64,000 nucleotides of DNA from Candidatus Bipolaricaulota bacterium (GCA_036783095.1 DAIPXV010000001.1:4043-68042); one strand, 5' to 3'. Positions 9,262 to 18,712 are shown, numbered from the stretch's first letter. The notes: generated by a model not told the origin, from the sequence alone. A program made the numbers and translations.

Positions 9262-9394
9262 AATGTAGAATCACGGAAAGCACAGAGAAGAACTGAAAGC
9301 GCGGGAAACAACTCTTCTTCGGTTTCCGTGTGCTCCGTGAGATTTCCGTGCCTTCCGTGATCCAAATTCTATCAGATTGGGCTTGTCTTTGCAA
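9262..9394 (-). promoter_or_regulatory. rpmF promoter (TTGCAA, 17 nt spacer, TAGAAT) plus leader carrying four tandem CACGGAR repeats
   Basis: The minus strand reads TTGCAA-agacaagcccaatctga-TAGAAT, then ttggat CACGGAAgg CACGGAAat ct CACGGAGca CACGGAAacc. The plus strand carries the inverted copy TAGAATCACGGAAAG at 9266-9280. Confidence 0.5.
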
Positions 9395-9836
9395 CCGGCG
9401 GGCTCTCAATAATAAAAGTCACGGGGCCATCGTTGACGAGCGAGACTTTCATCCGTGCCCCAAAGACCCCAGACTCGACCTTGAGGCCGCTACGGCGCAG
9501 CTCCTGCAAGAAGAGCTCATAGAGCACACGAGCTTGGTCCGGGGGGGCAGCAGCGTCGAAGCTAGGACGCCGCCCCTTGAGCGTATTCCCGTAGAGCGTA
9601 AACTGCGAGATCACTAAAATCTCGCCCTGCACGTCCTTGACGGAAAGATTCATCTTGCCTGCAGAATCCTCAAAGATTCGCAGTCCCAACACTCGATCAG
9701 CTAGGAAGATCGCATCGTGCTCGGAATCGCCCTTGCCCACCCCTAAGAACACCAAGAGCCCTGGGCCAATCTGCCCCACACTCTTGCCTTCAATCTCGAC
9801 GGACGCTTCTCTGACGCGCTGCAGCACAACTCGCAT
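9372..9836 (-). CDS. dtd: D-aminoacyl-tRNA deacylase
   Basis: MRVVLQRV...GLLVFLGV...GKMNLSV...ISQFTLYG are Dtd signatures. Confidence 0.85.
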   Translation of the reverse strand: MRVVLQRVREASVEIEGKSVGQIGPGLLVFLGVGKGDSEHDAIFLADRVLGLRIFEDSAGKMNLSVKDVQGEILVISQFTLYGNTLKGRRPSFDAAAPPDQARVLYELFLQELRRSGLKVESGVFGARMKVSLVNDGPVTFIIESPPVAKTSPI

Positions 9837-9910
9837 GATGCGCTATTGTAATCTCTCAGTTGGGCGTGAGCAAGCTTGCAGACACTCGCTCACAGACTCT
9901 ATAATGAGTT

Positions 9911-11434
9911 ATGTCCAAGCGCCCCTATGTGCTCATCGTCCTAGACGGCTGGGGAATGCGCCAGGAGACCCAATGGAACGCGATTGCATGCGCCAAGACC
10001 CCCAATTTTGACCGCTATTGGAAAAACTATCCCCACACGCTCGTGCGCACCGATGGGCGCGCCGTGGGGCTACCTGAGGGACAGTTTGGCAACTCCGAGG
10101 TCGGCCATCAGAACCTCGGCGCGGGGCGCGTCGTCGTGCAGACCTCGACCCGGATATCTGACGCTATTGCTGACGGAAGTTTTTTTGCGAATAGAGCGCT
10201 CTTGCGCGCCACGACGCGCGCGCAAAACAGCCGACTCCATCTCATAGGGCTTGTGAGCGACGGCGGCGTGCACAGTTTGCTAGAACATCTCTTTGCGCTA
10301 ATCGAGCTTGCGCGCCGCGAACACGTCTATAATCTCTATATTCACGCGTTTTTAGATGGCCGCGATACCCCGCCGACCTCTGGAGCGAGTTACGTCAAGC
10401 GCGTGCGCGAGCTTTGTGAAGACGTGGGCTTTGGTCAGATCGCCACGATCATGGGGCGCTACTGGGCCATGGATCGCGATAATCGTTGGGAGCGCACAGA
10501 GAGAGCCTATCGCGCTTTGCGGTTTGCTGAGGGTCTCAGAGATGATGGCCCTGCGGAAGCTGCCGTCGCGCGCGCCTACCAGCGCGGCGAAACCGATGAA
10601 TTTATCCAGCCCATCGTGCTTGACCCTGAAGGAGCTGTTCAGGACGGCGACGCTGTGATCTTCTTTAACTTTCGCCCCGATCGGGCGCGACAGCTCACGC
10701 GCGCGTTCACAGAAAAAGACTTTGTGCACTTCGATCGTGGGCCACGCCCACAGATCGAGTTCGTCACCCTCACTCAGTACGATCAACGCTTTACGGTCCC
10801 TGCGGCCTTCCCCAGCGAAGATTCTTTGTCCCACATCTTCGGCGAGGTCCTAAGCACTTCGGGACTGACGCAGTTCCGCATCGCGGAGACGGAAAAGTAC
10901 GCGCACGTCACGTACTTCTTCAACAACGGCCGCGAGATTCCCTTCCCCGGAGAAGAGAGAAAACTCATCCCCTCGCCCAAGGTCGCGACATACGATCTCA
11001 AGCCAGAGATGTCGGCCTACGAAGTCACCGACGAAGCCGTGAAGCAGATCACGAGTCGTCGCTACGACTTCGTTCTGATAAACTATGCGAATCCCGATAT
11101 GGTGGGGCACACGGGCGTCTTTGAAGCTGCGGTCAGAGCTGTAGAAGCTGTTGATGAGTGTCTGGGTCGGGTGGTGGAAGCGGCACTCTCAGTGAACGGA
11201 GAAGTTTTAGTCACGGCGGATCACGGCAATGCAGATATTATGAAGGACGAGCAAGGCCGACCGCACACGGCCCACACCCACAGCCCCGGCCCGCTCATCT
11301 ATATCGGGCCTAGGGCTATACAACTCTCTGGGGGCGGGGCACTCTGCGACATCGCGCCCACGCTCTTGGAGCTTATGGGGCTCAAACAGCCGAAAGAGAT
11401 GACGGGGCGGAGTTTAGTCCTATGGCAGAACTGA
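9911..11434 (+). CDS. gpmI: 2,3-bisphosphoglycerate-independent phosphoglycerate mutase
   Basis: VLIVLDGWG...GNSEVGHQNLGAGRVV...ADHGNAD are iPGM motifs. Confidence 0.85.
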   Translation: MSKRPYVLIVLDGWGMRQETQWNAIACAKTPNFDRYWKNYPHTLVRTDGRAVGLPEGQFGNSEVGHQNLGAGRVVVQTSTRISDAIADGSFFANRALLRATTRAQNSRLHLIGLVSDGGVHSLLEHLFALIELARREHVYNLYIHAFLDGRDTPPTSGASYVKRVRELCEDVGFGQIATIMGRYWAMDRDNRWERTERAYRALRFAEGLRDDGPAEAAVARAYQRGETDEFIQPIVLDPEGAVQDGDAVIFFNFRPDRARQLTRAFTEKDFVHFDRGPRPQIEFVTLTQYDQRFTVPAAFPSEDSLSHIFGEVLSTSGLTQFRIAETEKYAHVTYFFNNGREIPFPGEERKLIPSPKVATYDLKPEMSAYEVTDEAVKQITSRRYDFVLINYANPDMVGHTGVFEAAVRAVEAVDECLGRVVEAALSVNGEVLVTADHGNADIMKDEQGRPHTAHTHSPGPLIYIGPRAIQLSGGGALCDIAPTLLELMGLKQPKEMTGRSLVLWQN

Positions 11435-11781
11435 GAAAGATCAGCAGCGACTTGGGGGATATCTACATCTCCGAGCGAGCGATCGCCCAGATCTGTGCCA
11501 AAGTAATCAGTGAACAAGAAGGATTACGCACGCCGCGCCAGGCCCGCGAGAGTGCTGGGCTCTTGAGCACCATCACCCAAGCGGTCAAGGGCGACGGCAT
11601 CGAGGTCCTCAAAGAGAAAGATCGCTTGATCGTGAAGATGACGCTCTTCGCTGTGTACGGCACGCGCATCCAAGAATCTGCCCAGAAAGCTATTAGAGAA
11701 GTGAAGGCCCGGGTGCGCGAGCTGGCCGGGCTCGAGATTGACGACGTCATCATCGAGATCACCGGCATCGCCAAAGAGTGA
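11422..11781 (+). CDS. Asp23/Gls24-family stress protein
   Basis: ISERAIAQICAKVISEQEGL and the size (119 aa) are typical of Asp23/DUF322. Confidence 0.6.
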   Translation: MAELRKISSDLGDIYISERAIAQICAKVISEQEGLRTPRQARESAGLLSTITQAVKGDGIEVLKEKDRLIVKMTLFAVYGTRIQESAQKAIREVKARVRELAGLEIDDVIIEITGIAKE

Positions 11782-11784
11782 ACG

Positions 11785-12486
11785 ATGCGCCCTCACGAAA
11801 TCGCCCAGATGTTCTCCCAGATCGCCCATCGCTACGACAGGGCTAATCACATTCTTAGTCTCAATCGCGACCGGGCATGGCGTAAAATATTAGTCCAGCA
11901 CGCTGCTCCCAAGGCTGGGGAACGACTTCTCGATCTCTGTACGGGCACCGGTGATGTCGCCATCGAGTTTGCCAAGACCTGCCCAGAGCTGGAGATCGTG
12001 GGGCTGGATCTTTCCGAAGAGATGCTTCACGTCGCTTATGAGAAGCTCGCTCAGTTGAGCTTAGATCATCGGGTGCAGCTTGTTGTGGGGAATGCGCTCG
12101 AGCTCCCATTTGCTGAAAACTCTTTTGAGATTGTGACTATAGCGTTTGGGTTGCGCAATCTTCCCGACCGTCTTCGGGGACTGAGGGAGATCTATCGTGT
12201 GCTCTCCCCCGGTGGCCAGGCGTTCATCGTGGAGTTTTCCATCCCGCAAAACTTTTGGGCACGCTTGGTCTATCTCCCATATTTACGATATATTGTGCCC
12301 ATCGTTGGGGGGATAGTGTCAGGGTCGCGGAGGCCCTATGAGTATCTACGCGACTCGATTGAGAGCTTTCCTGACCGCGCCCAAATCCTTGAAGAGCTCT
12401 ATGAGGTGGGCTTTCGCCCCGTGGGGTATCGCGATCTCACGCTAGGGATCGCCACGCTCTACTGGGGCGGGAAAGCCAACTGCTGA
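11785..12486 (+). CDS. ubiE: UbiE/MenG-family SAM-dependent (demethylmenaquinone/ubiquinone) methyltransferase
   Basis: FSQIAHRYDRANHILSL...LDLCTGTGDVA (SAM motif I)...VTIAFGLRNLPD. Confidence 0.65.
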   Translation: MRPHEIAQMFSQIAHRYDRANHILSLNRDRAWRKILVQHAAPKAGERLLDLCTGTGDVAIEFAKTCPELEIVGLDLSEEMLHVAYEKLAQLSLDHRVQLVVGNALELPFAENSFEIVTIAFGLRNLPDRLRGLREIYRVLSPGGQAFIVEFSIPQNFWARLVYLPYLRYIVPIVGGIVSGSRRPYEYLRDSIESFPDRAQILEELYEVGFRPVGYRDLTLGIATLYWGGKANC

Positions 12487-14036
12487 GCCAGGGTATGCAG
12501 CGCACGGCGAATGAGCCAGACGATCACAATCACAGCGATCAAGAGCGCGATCGCTAATTGCCACAGCGAGAGAGTCGGGCGTGCGTTGACGGCCCTGACA
12601 TCCGCCTCGATCCCAGAGAGCTGGGTCTTCATGGCGCTCATATCTGCCATCAGGGTGCCGATCTGTTGCGCCAGATCAGATAATTTTTGATGGGTCTGGT
12701 CGTTCATCTCTACGCTCTGCGTCTGCGCGGCGTCGAGCTTGCGGGAGAGCTCAGCCATCGTCTCCCCTAGAATTTGGAGCTGACGTTCCACACCCTCTAG
12801 AGCTTGCTGCGTCGCCGTGAGTTCTTCTCGATAGCGCTTGTTATCGCGAATAAGCTGCACAACAGGGCGTTGCACGCCCAAGAGCACAGTGAGATTGTGC
12901 TCCTCACCCGTGCCCAGCTCTCTTATCCAGACTTCACCCTTGGGGACGCCAGGCTCCGTTGCGCGGAGGTAGCCCACGCGCTCCGGCGATATCCAAAACC
13001 CAAAGCCCGAGAGCCCATCGTCCGTGAGCTTACGAGCGGGTCTTGCGGAAGTGAGATCGAGCAGATAGAGATCGGCTTGAGGGGTCTCCTCAGGGACGAT
13101 GACCGTAAAGAGCAGGCGCTCCCCATCGGGCGAGAGCGTCGGGGCGACCACAATGCCTCCACTATCATAGAGCGTCGCTTGCTCCCCGGTCTCTCGGGTG
13201 ACTTCATAGAGATTCACACGCTCCTGGGCGCTCACGGAGAACGTCCGATCGTAGCCGTTGAAATATAATTTTGTGCCATCGAGCGAAGCTATCAGAGAGA
13301 AGGGCACAGGCAAGAGCGGGAAGAATCCTTGCAACACTCTCTGCTCGCACCCACACGCTAGGCTCACCAGAGCAATATGCCCTTCCACGATCCGCACCGT
13401 CTCCGAATCTTCTGGGAGAATTCGCTCGACGCCCAAGACGAAGATCCCCTGCCCGTCCGGCGCCCACAGAGGCCCTGGCGCATAGGGCACAGAGAAGATT
13501 CTCTCGCGATCGCGCATGAGCTTGAGCTGGCGCTCCTCGCGGGTTTCACGGTCGAAGATAGAAAGCCCCAGATTCTCTCCGTCGCTGCGATAGTACGCAA
13601 TCTTCCTCCCATCTGGAGAGAACGTCGGCGCCCAGAGAGAACCACGATCCCCGCGCAAGAGCTCTGTATATGTCTCTGCTTGACGCTGAAAGAGCATCAA
13701 CCGCCACGGCTGGGAGGGTGCCGCGCTGAGAATCCCTTGGGGTTCGAGAGGCGGACCATCAACATAGAGCAGTTCTTGCCCATCAGGAGAGAACGTAGCC
13801 CACGAGAGGTTCTCCCCTTCGGTGAGCACGGTCTGCACGCGTCCCGTCAGAGCATCTATCAGCCAGATATGACCAAAGCGCGGGAAAGCTTCATAGAGTC
13901 CGACGGTCTCATCGGGCATCGTCAGGGCGATCACGCCGTCAGGGCTGACGCTGATTCTATTGGGTACAGGCCAGCAGCCTGCCAACATCACTGATAACAA
14001 AAACACGAAAAGACACGTAAACCAGCGATAGCTCAT
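12459..14036 (-). CDS. TolB-like beta-propeller lipoprotein with C-terminal coiled coil and C-terminal TM anchor
   Basis: Lipobox LLSVMLAGC. Repeated SPDG/TFSPDG/APDGQ propeller blades. C-terminal heptad-rich region, then LWQLAIALLIAVIVIVWLI. Confidence 0.55.
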   Translation of the reverse strand: MSYRWFTCLFVFLLSVMLAGCWPVPNRISVSPDGVIALTMPDETVGLYEAFPRFGHIWLIDALTGRVQTVLTEGENLSWATFSPDGQELLYVDGPPLEPQGILSAAPSQPWRLMLFQRQAETYTELLRGDRGSLWAPTFSPDGRKIAYYRSDGENLGLSIFDRETREERQLKLMRDRERIFSVPYAPGPLWAPDGQGIFVLGVERILPEDSETVRIVEGHIALVSLACGCEQRVLQGFFPLLPVPFSLIASLDGTKLYFNGYDRTFSVSAQERVNLYEVTRETGEQATLYDSGGIVVAPTLSPDGERLLFTVIVPEETPQADLYLLDLTSARPARKLTDDGLSGFGFWISPERVGYLRATEPGVPKGEVWIRELGTGEEHNLTVLLGVQRPVVQLIRDNKRYREELTATQQALEGVERQLQILGETMAELSRKLDAAQTQSVEMNDQTHQKLSDLAQQIGTLMADMSAMKTQLSGIEADVRAVNARPTLSLWQLAIALLIAVIVIVWLIRRALHTLAQQLAFPPQ

Positions 14037-14075
14037 ATCAGTCCCCCTTGACCAAGCATCACGCTTTCGTGATGC

Positions 14076-14606
14076 TCACTTCTCTCTTTGAGATTCTTCG
14101 TAGAGCCGATTTACAAACTCCAGCACGCGTCTCTGGTCCAGCTCATCCAAGAGTTCAACTTTTCTGCGGATGCGCTCAGGAAGCCCTGCTTCGGCTTCTT
14201 TGGCGACTTTCTCTAAGAGTGCTTTCTGAGCGAGCCGGTGCGCCTTCCAGTTGGCGTCGCGCTCCACGTAGTTCACTTGCCAGTTAGGGAGCTTCGCGAG
14301 CAATTCTTGGACTTGGCGATTGAGCGGCTCGAGGTGCGGCCGACGAATGCGATAGAGCCCGTTGACTTGATTTGCTAAAAGCTGGCTATCAGTGAAGAAG
14401 ATGACACGTTTGGGCGCGAGCGGGATAACAGCTTTAATCGCCTCAATGAGCGCGCGATATTCTGCGACGTTATTCGTCGTGCGCCCGATGTGCTCCGAGA
14501 TCTCTTGGATGACGTTCCCCTCAGCATCGGCGATGACGATTCCAATAGCGGCTTCGCCAGGGTTCCCCTGAGAGGCGCCGTCTACGTTCACAAAAAGTTT
14601 CCCCAT
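14076..14606 (-). CDS. rnhA: Ribonuclease HI-like (type-1 RNase H fold with C-terminal extension)
   Basis: MGKLFVNVDGASQGNPGEAAIG (DGAS.GNPG)...NNVAEYRALI...FFTDSQLL...ERDANWKAHRLA. The longer track ORF overlaps the tRNA and is an artefact. Confidence 0.7.
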   Translation of the reverse strand: MGKLFVNVDGASQGNPGEAAIGIVIADAEGNVIQEISEHIGRTTNNVAEYRALIEAIKAVIPLAPKRVIFFTDSQLLANQVNGLYRIRRPHLEPLNRQVQELLAKLPNWQVNYVERDANWKAHRLAQKALLEKVAKEAEAGLPERIRRKVELLDELDQRRVLEFVNRLYEESQREK

Positions 14607-14647
14607 AAACTGAAAACTCAGAACTGTGAACTCTCTAACTGTCTTTG

Positions 14648-14720
14648 TGGGCCCGGCAGGATTCGAACCTGCGACCAACCGGTTATGAGCCGGCCGCTCT
14701 GACCCCTGAGCTACGGGCCC
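14648..14720 (-). tRNA. tRNA with anticodon CAU (elongator Met or Ile-lysidine type), CCA not encoded
   Basis: Reverse complement GGGCCCGTAGCTCAGGGGTCAGAGCGGCCGGCTCATAACCGGTTGGTCGCAGGTTCGAATCCTGCCGGGCCCA. Anticodon loop cuCAUaa. Anticodon stem is not the GGG/CCC initiator type. Confidence 0.8.
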
Positions 14721-14771
14721 TACTCTTTATTACTATACTCAACAGAATCGAGGATCGTCAACTTGGGGGGG

Positions 14772-14812
14772 TATAAAAGAGAAGCGGCCCCGGAGCCCCC
14801 GAGGCCGCTCCA
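14772..14812 (-). terminator. Intrinsic terminator downstream of the YVTN propeller gene
   Basis: Minus-strand hairpin GGAGCGGCC..GGCCGCTTC followed by TCTTTTATAC. Confidence 0.45.
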
Positions 14813-14824
14813 CACTCTCTCTAT

Positions 14825-16057
14825 TTATGGGCAAGTCTTCACTTGATCGGGGACGGAATAGATGAGAAGCTCGCCGCGGGCGCTGATGTTTAGCACCCAA
14901 GCGAACTTGGCATCGGCTGTCGTGAGAACTTGTATCTGCGTAGGGGTGATTGGGTCCCCCTCGACCATGGGCACAACAGGCACCGTCAAAACCTGCTCCA
15001 GACCCTCGTGGATGAAGGTGAGGCTTGCTCCTGCTCCTTCAACGTTATCTACATTCGTATTAGTCACAGCGAGCCAGCACTTGCCGTCGGTGGCGATCCC
15101 ACGGGGTGCGTCCCCAACGGGGATTTCGACGGGTTGGTCATCTTTCTTGACAGGCCCCAAGGGATCCAGCAGCAAGGGGCTGACGCTATCCCCTGAACTG
15201 TTCACAACATAAGCTTTGTTTCCGAGCACGGCTATAGCGCGTGGATACGCCCCGGTGTCGACGCAGGCGCCCAGTTCGATCTTTTCTTCGCCCTTCTTCA
15301 CTTTCTCGCTGTCGGCGTTCACGTTCTTGATCTCGCAGACCTTCCACGTGTCGGTGTTGACGACGTACGCTCTATCACCATAGAGCAAGATGTCGGCTGG
15401 GCTAGGATAGGTAGGGTTCTCTTCATCGGGATCGAGCTTAACTGTCGCGATTACTTCGCCCTTATCTGGAGCATCGTTCTTGTACAGGATGTCCACAACG
15501 CTGATGGTATGCTCTCGCTCGTTCACCGTGAACGCGCGAGTGCCATCAGTGTTAACGGCGACCGCCCGAGGGCCCGCTCCCACAGCAACCTTCTTAGCGG
15601 CTTTGGCTTCTGTGGGATTCCCATCTTTGTCGAAGACGACTTGTGACACGTAGAGCGTGTCGTCGTCATAGCCCGGCACGAACAGTACTTTCTTCGCCTC
15701 GTTATACGCTAAATCTTGGGGGTTGATATTCCCGCGGATCTGAGCGAGACAGATCTCTCCTGGGATGGGGCAGCCACGGATCTTCTTACCGTAAAACTTT
15801 TGGGTATCCGCCGTGCTGGCAGCTACAACGAAGACCGAGCTTTCACGTCCGACGCTCACAGCGGCAAAGACGAATTTCCCGTCTGCCGTAAAGAGGAAGC
15901 CGTTGACCTTTGACCCTCCCAAATCGAGCTTAGCGGATGGGGCCAGCTTCCCCTGTTCCTGCGCGCGTATCTCCGTGAATGTGCCATTGGAGAATGACAC
16001 GATCCCAAGCAAGACGACAAGGCCCACTACTGCCAAAACTTTATATCTAGAGAACAT
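14825..16057 (-). CDS. Secreted YVTN-type beta-propeller repeat protein
   Basis: Signal peptide. Repeated ~40-aa units with AVAVNTDGTRAFTVN / AYVVNTDT / AYVVNSSGDSVS patterns. Confidence 0.6.
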   Translation of the reverse strand: MFSRYKVLAVVGLVVLLGIVSFSNGTFTEIRAQEQGKLAPSAKLDLGGSKVNGFLFTADGKFVFAAVSVGRESSVFVVAASTADTQKFYGKKIRGCPIPGEICLAQIRGNINPQDLAYNEAKKVLFVPGYDDDTLYVSQVVFDKDGNPTEAKAAKKVAVGAGPRAVAVNTDGTRAFTVNEREHTISVVDILYKNDAPDKGEVIATVKLDPDEENPTYPSPADILLYGDRAYVVNTDTWKVCEIKNVNADSEKVKKGEEKIELGACVDTGAYPRAIAVLGNKAYVVNSSGDSVSPLLLDPLGPVKKDDQPVEIPVGDAPRGIATDGKCWLAVTNTNVDNVEGAGASLTFIHEGLEQVLTVPVVPMVEGDPITPTQIQVLTTADAKFAWVLNISARGELLIYSVPDQVKTCP

Positions 16058-16288
16058 CGTCGTGCAACCTCCTTTGAGATGTGTATATGCAAACCATGCT
16101 ATCGTCCCCTACCACTATCTCCTCAACAGAGCAGCGCTCATCTCTCCCCGTCATCACCTCCTCACCAAGAGCTGATTAAGGTGAGAGCACCTCTCTTTAT
16201 TGTTTATTGCTTCTAAAGATTAGCACGAACGGGTGACATTTGTCAAGCAGACCCCCTGATCAGCATCATTGGAAATCTCTTCGGAGAG

Positions 16289-17548
16289 ATGATACAATTT
16301 TTAATAATTATGCGGAGCGATACACGAGCGCCGAAATTCGTACTATGTTGTGTCTTGCTCTTGAGCGTTATAGCTTGGGGCAATCCCGTTGTGAAATTCC
16401 AACCAGCGCAACGTATACAGACTGGGTCTGGAACAACAACTGTTGCTCTGGGGGACCTCAATCACGATGGCCTCTTAGATATCGTTACGGCGATTATTAT
16501 CGTCACTTATGAAGAGAAAGATCGTAAGACCCTGAACTTGGCTGCCGTTTGGGGAGGCCCAGGGGGGCAATTTCTCGCGCCGCAGCTCATTGAATTCAAT
16601 TCTATAAAACTAGACGATGATGTCAAGATCCCGCGCGGCAAGGTGCTTGCGATGGGCGACCTCAACGGCGATGGTCTCTTCGACGCTGTGCTGGCCTATC
16701 CCACAGGAGGGAACTTCTGGGTCTTTTGGGGGGACAGAGCTTCAGCGTTCCGCCCCGCCTCCAATCGCGATCTCCCTCGCAGCCTGCGCGACGTCAGCGC
16801 CGTCGCTGTCGCTGATTTTACTCATGATGGCCGCCCCGATATCGTCTGTACGAATCTTCAAGGGAATGTCTACGTCTTCGTCAATAATGGGACGGAGCAA
16901 GTAGATCGTTGGGCGATGCGCGAGACGTTTGTCGGCGGGAGCTTGCAATCCCTTGCTGTCAACGATCTCAATCGGGACGGCAAGGCCGATATAGTAGTGA
17001 GCAGCATCGGTCGAGCCGCCGTGCTGCTTGGCGATGGCACAGGGAGCTTTCGCATCGCGCAGCGCTTGTCCGCCGGGCTCTATTCAGGGGATTCGCCAGC
17101 GTGGATCGAGATTGCTGATATCAACAACGATACTTTTGGCGACTTAGTGACGGCCAACCCGGAGAGCGATCGTCTGCTTGTCTTTGTCGGAGATGGCGCA
17201 GGGCAACTTGAGGAGCCACGCGCCTGGGCTACGGGGTTCTTAGACCCGCGAGCCGTGGCTGTTGCTGACTTCAATGGGGACGGATGGCTTGATCTCGCAG
17301 CAGGGAACTCGTCGAGCAATCTCGTCACCGTCCATCTGAACGATGGCTCTGGGGGCTTCGGCTCAATAGTATTAAGTGACCCCCCGCGGGGGAAAGCTAT
17401 ACAGCCTAATAGAGCGATTACTGTCGCGGTGGGCTCACTGCCCGTTGCGCTCGCTGCTGGGGATCTCGACAGCGACAGCGATCTCGATCTCGTCGTCGCG
17501 AATCAGGGGGATGGTTCTGTCTCGGTCTTGATCAACGAACGCCGCTAG
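16289..17548 (+). CDS. Secreted FG-GAP/VCBS repeat (integrin-alpha-like propeller) protein
   Basis: Seven repeats of the D-x-N-x-DG-x-x-D type (GDLNHDGLLDIV, GDLNGDGLFDAV, ADFTHDGRPDIV, NDLNRDGKADIV, ADFNGDGWLDLA, GDLDSDSDLDLV). Confidence 0.7.
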   Translation: MIQFLIIMRSDTRAPKFVLCCVLLLSVIAWGNPVVKFQPAQRIQTGSGTTTVALGDLNHDGLLDIVTAIIIVTYEEKDRKTLNLAAVWGGPGGQFLAPQLIEFNSIKLDDDVKIPRGKVLAMGDLNGDGLFDAVLAYPTGGNFWVFWGDRASAFRPASNRDLPRSLRDVSAVAVADFTHDGRPDIVCTNLQGNVYVFVNNGTEQVDRWAMRETFVGGSLQSLAVNDLNRDGKADIVVSSIGRAAVLLGDGTGSFRIAQRLSAGLYSGDSPAWIEIADINNDTFGDLVTANPESDRLLVFVGDGAGQLEEPRAWATGFLDPRAVAVADFNGDGWLDLAAGNSSSNLVTVHLNDGSGGFGSIVLSDPPRGKAIQPNRAITVAVGSLPVALAAGDLDSDSDLDLVVANQGDGSVSVLINERR

Positions 17549-17651
17549 GGAATGGGGAAAAGACGAGTCAAGGCCATAAAAATCCTTATAGAATAAGAAC
17601 TTTCGCGCGCGGACAGCCTTGAGCTGTCAGGGAGCTTCAGAGGGAGATATA

Positions 17652-18110
17652 ATGGAAATCCGGATTGAGTTGGCGCGCCTCGCATACGCTGAAAATATCT
17701 TGCGGTGCACCAACGAGCCTCCGGAGATGGTGGAAGATTTGCTCTCATTAGATGGCGAGCTGGAGAAGGCGCGTCGCTGGTTTGTCTTTGCCGAAGCCAA
17801 GCGACGCTTTGACCCCAATATCGTCCGCGGGCTATTGGTCTATCTCTTCAGTCACTACGCGAGCACGGAGTTCGACCCGCGCAAGCGAGAGCAGCTGGTG
17901 CGCGAGATCATGGAGGGGCGCGTGCGCATGCGCGATCTCTCTATAGAGCGCTTGGCTGGAACCCGCTTGAGTTGGGAGCATATCTTTCGATTAGTCGGGC
18001 GTCAATTCAATCCCACCCGCGAGAAAGAGAAGATTAAAGAGCTGTATGCGCAGCTCTACTCGTCGGCTTCTGCCCCTTCTATCTCCCCGGAGGTGTCATA
18101 TGGACACTAA
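17652..18110 (+). CDS. Hypothetical helical protein (not sigma-70-like) translationally coupled to an anti-sigma-like gene
   Basis: No sigma region 2/4 motifs were seen. 11-nt overlap with the next gene. Confidence 0.45.
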   Translation: MEIRIELARLAYAENILRCTNEPPEMVEDLLSLDGELEKARRWFVFAEAKRRFDPNIVRGLLVYLFSHYASTEFDPRKREQLVREIMEGRVRMRDLSIERLAGTRLSWEHIFRLVGRQFNPTREKEKIKELYAQLYSSASAPSISPEVSYGH

Positions 18111-18621
18111 CTATCCCCCTCAGCAGCCGGAACCAGACCACGAGCAGCTTGCGGAATTTGCTGAGCTCTTTGCGGGATTGAAACAATTAGAGTATTCAAA
18201 TCATCCCAGCGACGAGGTCCTTCGGGCTTATATAGACAATAGACTCTTAGACGGCTCTGGGGCGGGGCGCGTGGGGGCGACCTTCCGCGATGAGCGAGCA
18301 TTTCAGAGATTTGTGCAAGGGCAGCTCACCCGCTGGACGCGCTCCGACGTCTCCATGCACGTGCTCACCTGCGTTGTGTGTCAACATCGAGTTGCGCAGT
18401 TACGAGCAAGCCGCTGGCAGTGGCTCGGCTTGGCCCGTCAGCGCCCCAGAGAGGAGCCGAGTTGGCCGCGGCGCCTTGCGCTTGGAGCTCTGGCGAGCGC
18501 GGCCGCCGCCGCGATCATTGCGGCTATTTGGCTATGGCCTGTCGGCCCGCCAACACCACCCTACGACTCTCCCACGATAGGCAGCATCATGATGGTGTAT
18601 CGCGGATCAGGGAGATTCTAA
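18100..18621 (+). CDS. Putative zf-HC2 anti-sigma factor-like membrane protein
   Basis: VLRAYIDNRLLDG...MHVLTCVVCQHRVAQL (H-x3-C-x2-C zinc motif). TM helix LALGALASAAAAAIIAAIWLW. RBS GGAGGTG before the ATG. Confidence 0.55.
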   Translation: MDTNYPPQQPEPDHEQLAEFAELFAGLKQLEYSNHPSDEVLRAYIDNRLLDGSGAGRVGATFRDERAFQRFVQGQLTRWTRSDVSMHVLTCVVCQHRVAQLRASRWQWLGLARQRPREEPSWPRRLALGALASAAAAAIIAAIWLWPVGPPTPPYDSPTIGSIMMVYRGSGRF

Positions 18622-18712
18622 AGGAGGTGATGAGCATTCATGGGGGATAGCGTGTGAATATTCTCTGCAGAGCAAACCAAGACAGACCTAACACAGAGAA
18701 GGAGGTTGTGAA

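Noticed and set aside
13377-13994. 205-aa plus-strand ORF
   Set aside because: Antisense to the TolB-like propeller gene, with no motifs.
14490-14702. 70-aa plus-strand ORF and the N-terminal extension of the RNase H ORF
   Set aside because: Both run across the tRNA (CAU) gene. RNase H more plausibly starts at MGKLFVNVDG (14606).
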